A DNA stretch of 64,000 bases from Candidatus Poribacteria bacterium. Its GTDB lineage: Bacteria > Poribacteria > WGA-4E > GCA-2687025. The stretch spans positions 672,001-736,000 of the forward strand of contig OY762492.1 of the NCBI GenBank assembly GCA_963665845.2, in the 5' to 3' direction. A program made the position numbers and the translations under genes. Positions 51,647 to 61,541 of this stretch are shown here, in pieces; the stretch's first letter is position 1, and every line of letters starts with the position of its first letter. The notes beneath the pieces were generated by a model. That model was not told the DNA's origin, made no database searches, and worked only from the letters and a program-made list of their open reading frames with translations.

Positions 51647-52924
51647 TCATCGTTTTTGCCACGCTACGCCTCCCGCCCGCTGCAGCTCCACCTGAAACGC
51701 GCTCGACAGCGACTGAAAAGAGGCGCGGTCGCTTCCCGCAAGGTCTTCCGTCTCGTACGGGTCGGCGTTCAGGTCGTACATCTGCAGCGGCTCAAAGGGG
51801 CTGTTTTGAAGCAGCTTCATGGAGCCTTGACGGACGGCGCGCTGACACTTGCCGCGAAAACGCCCGCCCCCTTCCCGCCGCACATAGTAAAACTGATCGC
51901 GCGGCTCATGCGCCCGCTCGGTCAAAACCGGCAGCATCGACCGCCCTTCGATATTGTCGGGCGCGTCGGTCTGGGCGGCGGCGCAGAAGGTCGGCAACAG
52001 ATCGATGAGCATTCCTGGCGCGTCCGAAACCCAGCCGCCGCGCATCCCGTCCAGCCACATGGCGCATGTTGGAACGCGCACGCCGCCTTCATACATATCG
52101 CCTTTTCCGCCGCGCAGGGGTCCGTTGTCGGCGCCGACATTCATCTGCCCTCCGTTGTCGGAGGTGTAGACGACAAGCGTATTGTCCGCCATCCCCATTT
52201 CTTTCAGGACATCCAGAACCCGCCCGATGCGGTCGTCCATATGCTCAACCAGCGCGGCGTATCGAACGCGCTTTTCGGACGCTTCCGGCTCCCGCTCGCG
52301 GACGCGCTCAACCCACTCTTTCGGAGGCTGAATCGGCGTGTGCGGCGCATTATACGCCAGATACAAAAAGAACGGGTCCTTGGCGCCTTGCCGCCCGCGC
52401 AGATACTCAACCGCCCAGTCGGTGAACAGGTCGGTGGCATGCCCCTTCGGGTCGATGGTTTCTAAGTTGTCGCGCATGTAGTTGTTGCCGTGGCGCAGGT
52501 GGGTGTAGTAGTCGTCCATCATGTCGCCGAGGAAGCCCTTGAACCGCAGAAAGCCGCGCCTGCAGGGATGGTTTTCAGGGTTCAAGCCGAGGTGCCATTT
52601 TCCGACATGCGCCGTGTCATATCCCGCCGAATGGAGCGCGTCCGGCAGCGTGACGGCGTTCGTGTCGAAGTACCCCCAGTTGTTTTCGGGATGGGTACGG
52701 ATGACGCCAGGGACGCCGACGCGGTCGGGGTATCTTCCCGTCATGAGCGCGGCGCGGCTGGGCGAGCAAACAGACGAATTCGCGTAAAACTGCGTCAGCC
52801 GTACGCCGTTCTCCGCGATGCGGTCGATATGCGGCGTCTGGAGATGCGGTCCGTCATGGGCGGAGATGTCGCCGTATCCATGGTCGTCGGCAAGTATCGT
52901 CAGGATGTTCGGTCGCGCGCTCAA
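51647..52924 (-). CDS. Sulfatase (arylsulfatase A-like)
   Basis: PNILTILADDHG, CSPSRAALMTG, GKWHLG, SDNGG and YEGG; TTG start with GAGGAG RBS (ATG at 52939 is an alternative). Confidence 0.93.
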   Translation of the reverse strand: MSARPNILTILADDHGYGDISAHDGPHLQTPHIDRIAENGVRLTQFYANSSVCSPSRAALMTGRYPDRVGVPGVIRTHPENNWGYFDTNAVTLPDALHSAGYDTAHVGKWHLGLNPENHPCRRGFLRFKGFLGDMMDDYYTHLRHGNNYMRDNLETIDPKGHATDLFTDWAVEYLRGRQGAKDPFFLYLAYNAPHTPIQPPKEWVERVREREPEASEKRVRYAALVEHMDDRIGRVLDVLKEMGMADNTLVVYTSDNGGQMNVGADNGPLRGGKGDMYEGGVRVPTCAMWLDGMRGGWVSDAPGMLIDLLPTFCAAAQTDAPDNIEGRSMLPVLTERAHEPRDQFYYVRREGGGRFRGKCQRAVRQGSMKLLQNSPFEPLQMYDLNADPYETEDLAGSDRASFQSLSSAFQVELQRAGGVAWQKR

Positions 52925-52942
52925 CGTTGTTCTCCTCATCGC

Positions 52943-52967
52943 GGTCATTCCCGCGTAAGCGGGAATC
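52943..52967 (+). repeat. CGTC-type palindromic repeat
   Basis: GGTCATTCCCGCGTAAGCGGGAATC. Confidence 0.85.
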
Positions 52968-53052
52968 TAGAGTTTTCCCAGGCAGTCTCCGCATTCCAAA
53001 ACACTCTCAAATCAAATCATCGCCTGTAGAGACTGCCAAAGACCAATTGCCG

Positions 53053-53082
53053 TTGACAGCATACCCGATTTAGCGCTATAAA
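53053..53082 (+). promoter_or_regulatory. Sigma70 promoter of the PhyH gene
   Basis: TTGACA-18 nt-TATAAA, followed by an AGGAG RBS. Confidence 0.6.
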
Positions 53083-53116
53083 ACATGTAGAACGCTGTTG
53101 AGAACAGGAGACGAAC

Positions 53117-53947
53117 ATGAAAGCGAACGAAACGAACGTTTCCCGATACGATTTTTTGTCGCCTGAGCAGAAAAGGGCGATGGACGAGGACGGATGCTTC
53201 GTCGTCGAGAACGCGCTGCCGCCGGAGGTGGTCGCGGAGCTGGAGGAAGCGATCGACGAGGTGTACGCGCGCCAAAAGGAGCTGGGCGGGCTGGACGGGG
53301 ACGGGCGGCTCAACCTGCGCAACTGCGTCACCCACCATGACGCTTTCCTGCAGCTGATCGACTGGCCCAAAACCTTCCCGAAAGCGATGGGCATCCTGAA
53401 CTGGAACATACATCTCCTCACCTCGCATCTGCTGGTGCTGCCGTCCAAAGCGAAGCCGGATCGGGCGAGCCGCGTCGGGCTGCATCGGGACGGCGGGCGC
53501 TCCTATCAGGAGCTGCCGGAGCCGCATCACCGCATGATGTTCAAGATTGGCTACATCATCAGCGACCAGACCGACCCCGCCTCCGGCGCGACAGCGCTGG
53601 TGCCGGGCAGCAACCGCTACCTCGGCCGCCCCTCCATCGACCCCAAAACGGGCAGCGCGCGCGGTCTGATCTCCATGAACTACAAGCCGGGCACCGCCTT
53701 CTTCTTTGAACAGCGCACCTACCATGGGGCTGGACACAATTATTCTGGGAAACCGCGCAAGACCATCTTCATCGGATACGCTTACCGGTGGGTGAAGCCG
53801 ATGGACTATATCGTCATGCCGGAGGAGATGCTGGATCGGAGCAACGACGTTCAGAAGCAGCTGTTCGGCGTCGTCACGGAGCCGCTCAGTTTCTATCTGC
53901 CGCATGAGCGCGATGTGCCGTTGAAAAAGATTGTGGAGAGCGCCTAG
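53117..53947 (+). CDS. Phytanoyl-CoA dioxygenase (PhyH) family Fe/2OG oxygenase
   Basis: EDGCFVVENAL, LHRD (HxD), GATALVPGS and YHGAGHN..PR. Confidence 0.88.
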   Translation: MKANETNVSRYDFLSPEQKRAMDEDGCFVVENALPPEVVAELEEAIDEVYARQKELGGLDGDGRLNLRNCVTHHDAFLQLIDWPKTFPKAMGILNWNIHLLTSHLLVLPSKAKPDRASRVGLHRDGGRSYQELPEPHHRMMFKIGYIISDQTDPASGATALVPGSNRYLGRPSIDPKTGSARGLISMNYKPGTAFFFEQRTYHGAGHNYSGKPRKTIFIGYAYRWVKPMDYIVMPEEMLDRSNDVQKQLFGVVTEPLSFYLPHERDVPLKKIVESA

Positions 53948-54006
53948 CCGGCGGTACGCCCATGCGGGGATTTTCATTTTGACTCTAAAGCGTCCGCGCT
54001 GCCGGT

Positions 54007-54118
54007 CGTCATTCCCGCGTAAGCGGGAATCTTAAGGTGTCGCAGCCGCCGCGTCCGTCCTTTAAACCCCCCTAGCCCCCTTTTTAAGGGGGGAATCGGA
54101 CGAGGCGCCGCGAATATC
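54007..54118 (+). repeat. CGTC palindrome plus C/G-tract hairpin, a copy of 32592..32702
   Basis: Near-identical to the 32592..32702 unit. Confidence 0.8.
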
Positions 54119-54152
54119 TTCGCATGGGCGTACAGCCGCCTAGCCGCGTTGC

Positions 54153-54181
54153 TTGCGTTGGCGCGCCGCCCTTGCTAAAAT
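54153..54181 (+). promoter_or_regulatory. Putative sigma70 promoter
   Basis: TTGCGT-17 nt-TAAAAT with an extended TG. Confidence 0.5.
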
Positions 54182-54219
54182 GGGACCGATTCATAGGTGT
54201 CAAGCATGAGGAGTGTAGA

Positions 54220-55392
54220 ATGCCGCTTGGACGCAAACTAAGGTATGGGATGGTCGGCGGAGGTCCTGGCGCCTTTATCGGCGCCGTGCATCGCAAAGCC
54301 GCCGCGCTGGACGGGGAGATAGAGCTGGTTGCCGGGGCGTTTTCATCTGACCCTGAAAAATCGGCTGAACAGGGAGCCGAGCTGATGCTGGACGCAAACC
54401 GCGTCTACGGCTCCTATAAGGAGATGGCTGAAAAAGAAGCCGCGCTGCCCGAAGGGGAGCGGATCGACTTTGTCTCCATTGTAACGCCGAACCATGTCCA
54501 TTTCGACCCTGCCAAAACCTTCATGGAGGCGGGCTTCCATGTCGTCTGCGACAAGCCGCTCACGACGACGCTGGAGGACGCCGAGGAGCTGTGCCGACTC
54601 GCCAAGGCGCATGACGCCGTCTTTGCCGTGACGCACAACTACACGGGCTATCCGATGGTGAAGGAGGCGCGGGAGATCGTCCGCGCCGGCGAGCTGGGCG
54701 ACATCCGCAAGGTTGTCGTGGAGTATCCGCAGGGATGGCTTGCGACGCTGCTGGAAGCGGAAGGCGCCAAGCAGGCGGTATGGCGCACCGACCCGAAACA
54801 GGCGGGCGTCTCCTCATGCATCGGCGACATCGGCTCCCATTGTGAAAATCTGGTCTCGTACGTCACGGAGCTTGAAATCGACGAGCTGATTGCGGACATG
54901 ACCACCTTTGTCAGCGGGCGTCTGCTTGAGGACGACGGCAACCTGCTGATCCATTACAAAGGCGGGGCGCGCGGCATTCTTTACGCTTCGCAGATCTCCA
55001 TCGGCGAAGAGAACAACCTGCGCATCCGCGTCTACGGGACGAAAGCGTCGCTGGAATGGCATCAGGAAAATCCGAACTACCTGTATGTCAAATACCCGGA
55101 CGGACCGGAAAAAGTGCATAAGCGCGGCAACGACTACCTGTCGGAGATTGCGCAGCACAACACGCGCATTCCGTTCGGCCATCCGGAGGCGTTCATTGAG
55201 GCGTTTGCGAACATCTATGTGAACGCCGGGCGGACGATGGCGGCGAAAATCGCGGGCGAGGAGCCGGGCGAATTTGACGCCGACTTTCCGACGGTTCAGG
55301 ACGGCGCCCGCGGCGTTCACTTTATCCATGCGGCAGTCCGCAGCGGCAATGAACGCGCATGGATTGACGCCTCGTACAGCCCGCCTGAATAG
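54220..55392 (+). CDS. Gfo/Idh/MocA family oxidoreductase
   Basis: [24 protein letters not shown] and GDIGSH. Confidence 0.92.
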   Translation: MPLGRKLRYGMVGGGPGAFIGAVHRKAAALDGEIELVAGAFSSDPEKSAEQGAELMLDANRVYGSYKEMAEKEAALPEGERIDFVSIVTPNHVHFDPAKTFMEAGFHVVCDKPLTTTLEDAEELCRLAKAHDAVFAVTHNYTGYPMVKEAREIVRAGELGDIRKVVVEYPQGWLATLLEAEGAKQAVWRTDPKQAGVSSCIGDIGSHCENLVSYVTELEIDELIADMTTFVSGRLLEDDGNLLIHYKGGARGILYASQISIGEENNLRIRVYGTKASLEWHQENPNYLYVKYPDGPEKVHKRGNDYLSEIAQHNTRIPFGHPEAFIEAFANIYVNAGRTMAAKIAGEEPGEFDADFPTVQDGARGVHFIHAAVRSGNERAWIDASYSPPE

Positions 55393-56028
55393 GTGCCGCG
55401 CCGGGCGGGACGGTTCATCACTTTTGAGGGTCTTGACGGAACGGGGAAGACGACGCAGCAGCGGCGCGCCGCCCGGCGCCTTCGGGCGATGGGGTTTGAT
55501 GTTCTGAAGACGCGGGAGCCGGGCGGCAGCGCTGTCGGAGAGGCGGCGCGCGAGATCGTCCTGAACGCGGACGATCTGAACACGCGCGCCGAGACGTTTC
55601 TCTTTTTAGCAGGGCGGGCGCACCATGTACATGCGGCGATTCTTCCGGCGCTCAAAAAAGGATCTGTCGTCCTTTGCGACCGCTTTTTAGATTCCACCGC
55701 CGCGTACCAGCATGGAGGGCATGGGTTGCCGTTCGACATGATCGACTCGATGAACCGCTTTGCCATTGACGGCTGTCTTCCCGACCTGACGCTGCTGCTG
55801 GACGTGGAGATTGAAACGGCGGCGCGGCGCGTTCAAGAACGGGATGAGCGGAAGACCCGTTTTGAAGAGGAGTCGCTGGCGTTTCGGCGGCGCGTGCGGG
55901 ACGCCTATTTGCGCATCGCCGAAAGCGAACCCGACCGCGTCAAGATGGTGAACGCGGCGCAGGATGAAGAGGCGGTGGAAGCGCAGATATGGGCGCATAT
56001 CGAAACGCTGATTCAAAGCGGGGAGTAG
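55393..56028 (+). CDS. tmk: Thymidylate kinase
   Basis: FITFEGLDGTGKTTQ, TREPGG, LCDRFLDST.AYQ and PDLTLLLD. Confidence 0.95.
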   Translation: MPRRAGRFITFEGLDGTGKTTQQRRAARRLRAMGFDVLKTREPGGSAVGEAAREIVLNADDLNTRAETFLFLAGRAHHVHAAILPALKKGSVVLCDRFLDSTAAYQHGGHGLPFDMIDSMNRFAIDGCLPDLTLLLDVEIETAARRVQERDERKTRFEEESLAFRRRVRDAYLRIAESEPDRVKMVNAAQDEEAVEAQIWAHIETLIQSGE

Positions 56029-56094
56029 GTTAAACTGATCACATGCTGAAAGACAATGCCTTTATTCATGGGAAAAAGGCGCCGCCAACCAAGC

Positions 56095-56181
56095 CGTCAT
56101 TCCCGCGTAAGCGGGAATCTAGGGGTGCCGCAGACGACGTCCGCGTTCGCATTCAAGCGTGTCCCAACTAAAAAGGTCAGG
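56095..56181 (+). repeat. CGTC palindrome plus TCCCAACT tail
   Basis: Matches 20676..20768 and 59336..59427. Confidence 0.8.
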
Positions 56182-56203
56182 TTAAAACGGAGGGAACTCT
56201 GCC

Positions 56204-57643
56204 ATGAACATCGTTCTGATTGTGATCGATACATTGCGCTACGACGCGCTCGGTGTCAACGGAAACGAACGCGCGCATACCCCTAACATTGATCGGCTTG
56301 CGGCGTCCGGTTGGGCGTTTGACAACGCTTACAGCGCCAGCTTTCCGACGATACCCTTTCGCAACGACGCCATGCGCGGCGAATACGGCGGCCCGTTTCA
56401 TCCGTGGAAGCCGCTGCCGTTCAACGCGCTTACGTTTCCAGAGACGCTTGGCAAAAACGGGTACGCGACTCAGCTGATTCATGACACGCCGCATCTGGTG
56501 AACGGCGGGCATAACTTCGACTGGCCCTTCCATGCGTGGACGTTCATACGCGGCGCTGAAGTGGACAGGCCATGGATTACGGACGGCTTGCCGATGTTGT
56601 CGAACTGGACGCGCGACCCGCTTTTTGATGTCGGCGGCGAGCTGAAACCTGCCCCTGGGCTGCGAACCTACATGCGCGCCAACCGACACCGAAAAGATCC
56701 CGACGACTGGAACTGCGCCCAGCTGTTTCATACGGCGGCGCAATTCCTCCGCGGCAACGCGGAGCGGGACAACTTCTTTCTATGGATCGACTGCTTCGAT
56801 CCGCATGAACCTTGGGACGCGCCGCCCGAATTCATGCGCATGTTTGATCAGACGCCGGGCTACGACGGACGCATTGACCCGCGCAGCTTTCAGGCGCGGA
56901 ACAATCCTAACCTGTCCGAGGCGGGGCGTCGGCGCGTCCAAGCCTCTTATGAAGCGAAAACGGCTTGGGTTGACCATTGCTTCGGCAAATTCTTGACCGC
57001 GCTGGAAGAAACAGGTTTGGATGAGAAGACCGCCGTCATTCTCATGGCGGATCATGGCACAAACCTAGGCGAGCGCGGTTTCTTCGGTAAACGCTCGCCC
57101 GTAACCGACGCCGAGGCGCATGTGCCGCTCATCATAAAGGCGCCGGGCGCGGGGTCGGGGCGCTCCAGCGTCCTTGTTCAACCGCAAGATCTGTTTGCGA
57201 CCGTTTTAGGGCTGGCAGGGATTCCTCTTGAGGCGGATCTGGACAGCCATAACGTTTTAGAAGCGGCGCAGAAAGGGGAAGGAAGACGGCAGATCGCTCT
57301 CGCCGGCGGGGCGGCGAATCAGTGGCAGCGCCGCCAAAACGGGACGCTTTTCACCGCCTTTGACGGCGAATGGGGCTTGCAGGTTGCCGCAGACCCAGAG
57401 AAAAGCGTACTTGGGCGCATCGGCTCGGTTGAGAACGAGACGGAGGCGCATGCGGAGACCGGGGCAAATCTGCGCGAAGCGGCGATTGAAGAGATCGCGC
57501 GGCGCGGACTGGATGAGCCGTTGGCGGAATGGCTGCGTTCGGACGGACAGAAGCAGTTTCCGCAGGATGCGTCGTTTTGGCGCGGGTGGCCCGACCGCTC
57601 GGGCCACCACGCCTACTTTTCCCGTTTATACGGGGGAGATTAG
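56204..57643 (+). CDS. Sulfatase/alkaline-phosphatase-superfamily hydrolase with a Thr in the nucleophile position
   Basis: NIVLIVIDTLRYD, TPNIDRLA, PTIPFR (in place of CxPxR), FDPHEPWDAP and ADHG. Confidence 0.85.
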   Translation: MNIVLIVIDTLRYDALGVNGNERAHTPNIDRLAASGWAFDNAYSASFPTIPFRNDAMRGEYGGPFHPWKPLPFNALTFPETLGKNGYATQLIHDTPHLVNGGHNFDWPFHAWTFIRGAEVDRPWITDGLPMLSNWTRDPLFDVGGELKPAPGLRTYMRANRHRKDPDDWNCAQLFHTAAQFLRGNAERDNFFLWIDCFDPHEPWDAPPEFMRMFDQTPGYDGRIDPRSFQARNNPNLSEAGRRRVQASYEAKTAWVDHCFGKFLTALEETGLDEKTAVILMADHGTNLGERGFFGKRSPVTDAEAHVPLIIKAPGAGSGRSSVLVQPQDLFATVLGLAGIPLEADLDSHNVLEAAQKGEGRRQIALAGGAANQWQRRQNGTLFTAFDGEWGLQVAADPEKSVLGRIGSVENETEAHAETGANLREAAIEEIARRGLDEPLAEWLRSDGQKQFPQDASFWRGWPDRSGHHAYFSRLYGGD

Positions 57644-58425
57644 CGGTTCGCCGCTTTGAGCCGACCCCAAACGGCGGCGGCTTTTCCTTCAGGGTTGACC
57701 GACAGGAAGCTCCGAAGCCCGCCGTTCATGATGTCGTTGATCTCGTCGGCGCTCAGCGCGGAGCTGTAGATCGCGACCTCGTCCATGCTCCCGTTCGCGT
57801 TCACATGGTGAAGCAACTTGTGTCCAATGACGACATCCTGAACTTCGTTGTTTGTGTCGACAGCGACGGGGTTGCCTGCAGTCTCCGCCTCTTCGACGCC
57901 GTCCACATAGAGCAGGTGGTCCTTGACGCCGTTACCGCCTTCAGGATAGATGACGGCGAGATGATGCCATTCTCCGTCGCACACGTTCGTCTTTCCGTAA
58001 TGTTGTCCGCCGGAGGTTTCAATGCGCAGGTAGCATTCGGGAGCGGTTCGATGCGCGCGGATGTAGTACTTCGTCCCGGTCGCATTCTGTCCCCATTTGA
58101 CCCATGAATGTTCGATCATGGCGTCGCCTTTCCACCAAAAAATGATGGAGCGGGCGTCTCCTCCGCCGACGCCTTTATATCCTGTGATGGTGGCGCCGGC
58201 GCCGGCGGAGCCGTCCAGCGCTACCAGGCTTCCAAACGGGCCGGACGCCTCGATGCTGGCGCCGTCGCCGAGAAGCGCGTCTCTCCCTTTTCCGGAGATG
58301 TCCTCCACGAGGCCGTCGTTCACCGAATCGAACAGCCATGCCCCTTCCAGCTCCGCCAGCGCCGCGGTGAACGCCGCGAGCGATCCGATCAAAACAACAG
58401 CGTTTATCCGTATCATGCGTTTCAT
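57640..58425 (-). CDS. Secreted LamG/concanavalin-like jelly-roll protein with C-terminal SVNPEGK..WGRLK motif
   Basis: Signal peptide; W.FD, DGEWHHLAV, LYVDG, GSMDEVAIY and ALS..EI motifs. Confidence 0.88.
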   Translation of the reverse strand: MKRMIRINAVVLIGSLAAFTAALAELEGAWLFDSVNDGLVEDISGKGRDALLGDGASIEASGPFGSLVALDGSAGAGATITGYKGVGGGDARSIIFWWKGDAMIEHSWVKWGQNATGTKYYIRAHRTAPECYLRIETSGGQHYGKTNVCDGEWHHLAVIYPEGGNGVKDHLLYVDGVEEAETAGNPVAVDTNNEVQDVVIGHKLLHHVNANGSMDEVAIYSSALSADEINDIMNGGLRSFLSVNPEGKAAAVWGRLKAANR

Positions 58426-58459
58426 GCTGCCCTCCTTTGAGCGCGCGGGCCATTCTGAT

Positions 58460-58488
58460 TTGACATTCCCGCCGATACCGCTCATCAT
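58460..58488 (+). promoter_or_regulatory. Sigma70 promoter, copy 1 (cytochrome c gene)
   Basis: TTGACA-17 nt-CATCAT. Confidence 0.55.
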
Positions 58489-58517
58489 TATATGTTAAAG
58501 AGCCGGAGATGTGAAAC

Positions 58518-59315
58518 GTGCAAAAACGATCCCTTGTTGCAGCGGCGCTCGCCGCGTCGTTCCTGACGATCGGTTGCGGCAATAATCTTACTGAACCAAC
58601 GCCGCCCACAGCGTTCGAACAGGCGGACCTGGTAAGGGGCGGCGCCTTGTACGACAAATGGTGGATAGTTGCAGGCGTCAGCGAGCCGGACGGAGACCAC
58701 CCGCTGTGGTCGCAGCGCCCCGACCAAACCTCCAACAACCGCTCCGGCGGCGTTACATTCCGGTGCAAGGAATGCCACGGCTGGGATTACAAGGGGGTGG
58801 ACGGGGTTTACAGCGCCGGCAGCCATCGAACAGGATTTCCCGGCATCATCGGTACCGCGAAATCGCCTCAAGAAATTTTTGACCTGCTCAAAAATCATCA
58901 TGAATACGGCTCTCTTGGATTGAGCGACGGCGACCTGTGGGATATGACCAAGTTCGTTCTCGAAGGCTTGATCGATACGGATTCGATCATTGACCAAGAG
59001 GGCAAGTTTATCTCCGACAGCGGAAGCGGTCCATCGATCTACGACGAGTCGTGTACATCCTGCCATGGCGCGGACGGGCTGACCAAGCCGTCTGACGCCA
59101 TACCGGATCAGCCGGGGGCTTCTCCCGACTATGATGAATTTCCGCAAGTCATCGCCAATGAGAACCCTTGGGAATTCCAGCACAAAATCCTCTTCGGCCA
59201 ACCAGGAACCGACATGCCCCTTCTGGCGAGGGACGGCATCACACTTGAAGAGCTGGCGAGTTTGGGGGCATTCGTTCAATCGCTGGATATGCCGGAAGAA
59301 GACGGGCAGGATTAA
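58518..59315 (+). CDS. Diheme cytochrome c lipoprotein
   Basis: Lipobox TIGC; CKECH and CTSCH; GG.LYDKWW; PGTDMP (Met ligand). Confidence 0.88.
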   Translation: MQKRSLVAAALAASFLTIGCGNNLTEPTPPTAFEQADLVRGGALYDKWWIVAGVSEPDGDHPLWSQRPDQTSNNRSGGVTFRCKECHGWDYKGVDGVYSAGSHRTGFPGIIGTAKSPQEIFDLLKNHHEYGSLGLSDGDLWDMTKFVLEGLIDTDSIIDQEGKFISDSGSGPSIYDESCTSCHGADGLTKPSDAIPDQPGASPDYDEFPQVIANENPWEFQHKILFGQPGTDMPLLARDGITLEELASLGAFVQSLDMPEEDGQD

Positions 59316-59335
59316 CGTTCGGCCGCCGACCGGAT

Positions 59336-59427
59336 CGTCATTCCCGCGTAAGCGGGAATCTAGAGGCGTCGCAGAAACCGTCTGCGTTCATCCGTCAACA
59401 TATCCCAACTAAAGACGTAAGGTCAGA
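59336..59427 (+). repeat. CGTC palindrome plus TCCCAACT tail
   Basis: Same ~90-bp unit as at 20676 and 56095. Confidence 0.8.
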
Positions 59428-59434
59428 TTCTGAT

Positions 59435-59463
59435 TTGACATTCCCGCTGATCTCGTCCATCAT
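59435..59463 (+). promoter_or_regulatory. Sigma70 promoter, copy 2 (hisI-trpEG leader)
   Basis: TTGACA-17 nt-CATCAT. Confidence 0.6.
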
Positions 59464-59497
59464 TCTACCAGAAACTGCAAGAAGTAGGAACGCTCCG

Positions 59498-59575
59498 ATG
59501 CGCCGAGACAAACGCGGCTCCATTTTTTCTCACCGCCATTGGCGCCGATTCAACCATCGGTCCGGCGGAATCTGA
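59498..59575 (+). CDS. Putative attenuator leader peptide MRRDKRGSIFSHRHWRRFNHRSGGI
   Basis: AGGA RBS; CAC-CGC-CAT-TGG codon cluster; precedes a terminator hairpin and hisI-trpEG. Confidence 0.65.
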   Translation: MRRDKRGSIFSHRHWRRFNHRSGGI

Positions 59576-59603
59576 CATTCGTTCGCATCCAGAATCGTTT
59601 GAC

Positions 59604-59636
59604 CGCCGCAGGCATCGCAGACGCTTGCGGCGTTTT
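59604..59636 (+). terminator. Attenuator terminator hairpin
   Basis: CGCCGCAGGC/GCTTGCGGCG 10-bp stem (one G-U) followed by TTTT, about 20 nt before hisI. Confidence 0.65.
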
Positions 59637-59655
59637 CAATTACAAAGGCGGCTAA

Positions 59656-60048
59656 ATGACGTTCATCGACGAACTCAAGTATAACGAACAAGGATTGATC
59701 CCCGCCATCGTTCAGGACGACACGAACAACGCCGTTCTGATGATGGCATGGATGGACAAAGAGGCGGTGCGGCGCACGCTGGACACCGGACGCGCCACCT
59801 ACTGGAGCCGATCAAGGCAGAAATACTGGGTCAAGGGCGAAACCTCCGGGCATATTCAGCAGGTTCGGTCGGTGCGAATCGACTGCGACGCGGACGTTTT
59901 ATTGGTACGGGTTGAACAGACGGGAGCCGCATGCCATGAAGGTTACCGCAGCTGCTTTTTCCGCGCCGTTTCGCCGGACGGAAAAACCGCCGTTTCCGAC
60001 CAGCCCCAGCTTATCGACCCTGAAACCGTATACGGAAAGAAACCATGA
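59656..60048 (+). CDS. hisI: Phosphoribosyl-AMP cyclohydrolase
   Basis: [28 protein letters not shown] and [10 protein letters not shown]. Confidence 0.96.
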   Translation: MTFIDELKYNEQGLIPAIVQDDTNNAVLMMAWMDKEAVRRTLDTGRATYWSRSRQKYWVKGETSGHIQQVRSVRIDCDADVLLVRVEQTGAACHEGYRSCFFRAVSPDGKTAVSDQPQLIDPETVYGKKP

Positions 60049-61532
60049 TTGTTCCTGACCGAGCCGAATTTCGCCGTTTGGCGCGCGACTACAACCTGAT
60101 ACCTGTCTATCGAGAAATTCTCGCGGACACGGAAACGCCCGTTTCCGCCTATCTGAAGACCTGCGCAGGCGAGTACAGCTTTTTGTTGGAGTCGGTTGAA
60201 GGGGGAGAACGAGTCGCGCGGTACTCATTTCTTGGATCGAATCCATCTTTAGTGTTCATGAGTCGGCGCGGCGCCGTTACGCTTTTGGACCCGTCCACAG
60301 GAAAAAGCCGCTCGTTTTCGTCGGACGATCCGCTTCAAGATTTGGAGCGGCTTCTGGACAAGTACCGCCCCGCGCCTGTGGAGTCGCTTCGACGTTTTCA
60401 TGGCGGGGCGGTCGGGTTTTTGGGTTACGACATGGTCCGCCATTTTGAGCGTCTGCCGGATGAGACCCTTGACGACGCGCAGCTCCCCGACAGCATGTTT
60501 ATGTTGACCGACACGGCGCTGGTGTTTGACCGCGTCGCGCATCATGTGAAGGCGGTCTCGAACGCCTATGTGGAGAATGCGGCGGAGGCTGACAGGGCAT
60601 ACGACGAGGCGGTACAGAAAGTGGACGCGCTGGCGGCGTCGTTGAGCCGCCCCTATTCTCATAACCTAAAGCCGGCGCGCGGCGACGGAGACGCGCCGAC
60701 CGCTTCCTCCAACATGACGCCAGAAGCGTTTGAGTCGGGGGTTGGACGCATCAAGGAGTATATCGCCGCGGGGGATGTGATCCAGGTCGTCTTTGCGCAG
60801 CGTTTTCAGATCGAGTTGACGACGCCGGCGTTCAGCGTCTACAGGGCTTTGCGGACGGTGAACCCGTCCCCGTACATGTATTTTTTAAAGTTCGGCGATT
60901 TGCAGATCGCCGGGGCGTCCCCGGAGGCGATGGCGACGGTTGAGGACGGAATCGTCCAGGTGCAGCCGATTGCAGGGACGCGCCCGCGCGGCTCCACCCC
61001 TGAAGAAGACGCGGCGCTGGAGGCGGATCTGCGGTCCGACCCGAAGGAGCAGGCGGAGCATATCATGCTGGTCGACCTTGGGCGGAACGACATCGGGCGG
61101 GTGTGCGAATACGGGTCGGTGCATGTGAACGAGTTGATGGAGGTGGAGCGTTATTCGCATGTGATGCATCTGGTTTCCAATGTGAAGGGAAATCTGCGTC
61201 CGGATATGACCGCGTTTGACGCGGTTCGGGCGGCGTTTCCTGCGGGAACATTGAGCGGCGCGCCGAAGATACGCGCGATGGAGATCATCGACGAAATGGA
61301 GCCGACGCGAAGGGGAATATACGGCGGAGCGGTCGGCTATTTTTCGTTCAGCGGGAACGCCGACATGGCGATTGCGATCCGCACCCTTGTGGCGAACGGA
61401 AGCGTCGGGTCGGTTCAGGCGGGCGGAGGCATCGTCGCCGATTCGGTTCCGCGGCTTGAGTTTCAGGAGTCGCGCAACAAGGCGATGGCGGTTTTGAAAG
61501 CGGTTGAGCTGGCGCACCGCGGATGGGAGTAA
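60045..61532 (+). CDS. trpE: Anthranilate synthase component I
   Basis: FLLES (Trp feedback motif), [27 protein letters not shown] and GTLSGAPK. Confidence 0.95.
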   Translation: MIVPDRAEFRRLARDYNLIPVYREILADTETPVSAYLKTCAGEYSFLLESVEGGERVARYSFLGSNPSLVFMSRRGAVTLLDPSTGKSRSFSSDDPLQDLERLLDKYRPAPVESLRRFHGGAVGFLGYDMVRHFERLPDETLDDAQLPDSMFMLTDTALVFDRVAHHVKAVSNAYVENAAEADRAYDEAVQKVDALAASLSRPYSHNLKPARGDGDAPTASSNMTPEAFESGVGRIKEYIAAGDVIQVVFAQRFQIELTTPAFSVYRALRTVNPSPYMYFLKFGDLQIAGASPEAMATVEDGIVQVQPIAGTRPRGSTPEEDAALEADLRSDPKEQAEHIMLVDLGRNDIGRVCEYGSVHVNELMEVERYSHVMHLVSNVKGNLRPDMTAFDAVRAAFPAGTLSGAPKIRAMEIIDEMEPTRRGIYGGAVGYFSFSGNADMAIAIRTLVANGSVGSVQAGGGIVADSVPRLEFQESRNKAMAVLKAVELAHRGWE

Positions 61533-61541
61533 GGAAGACCG

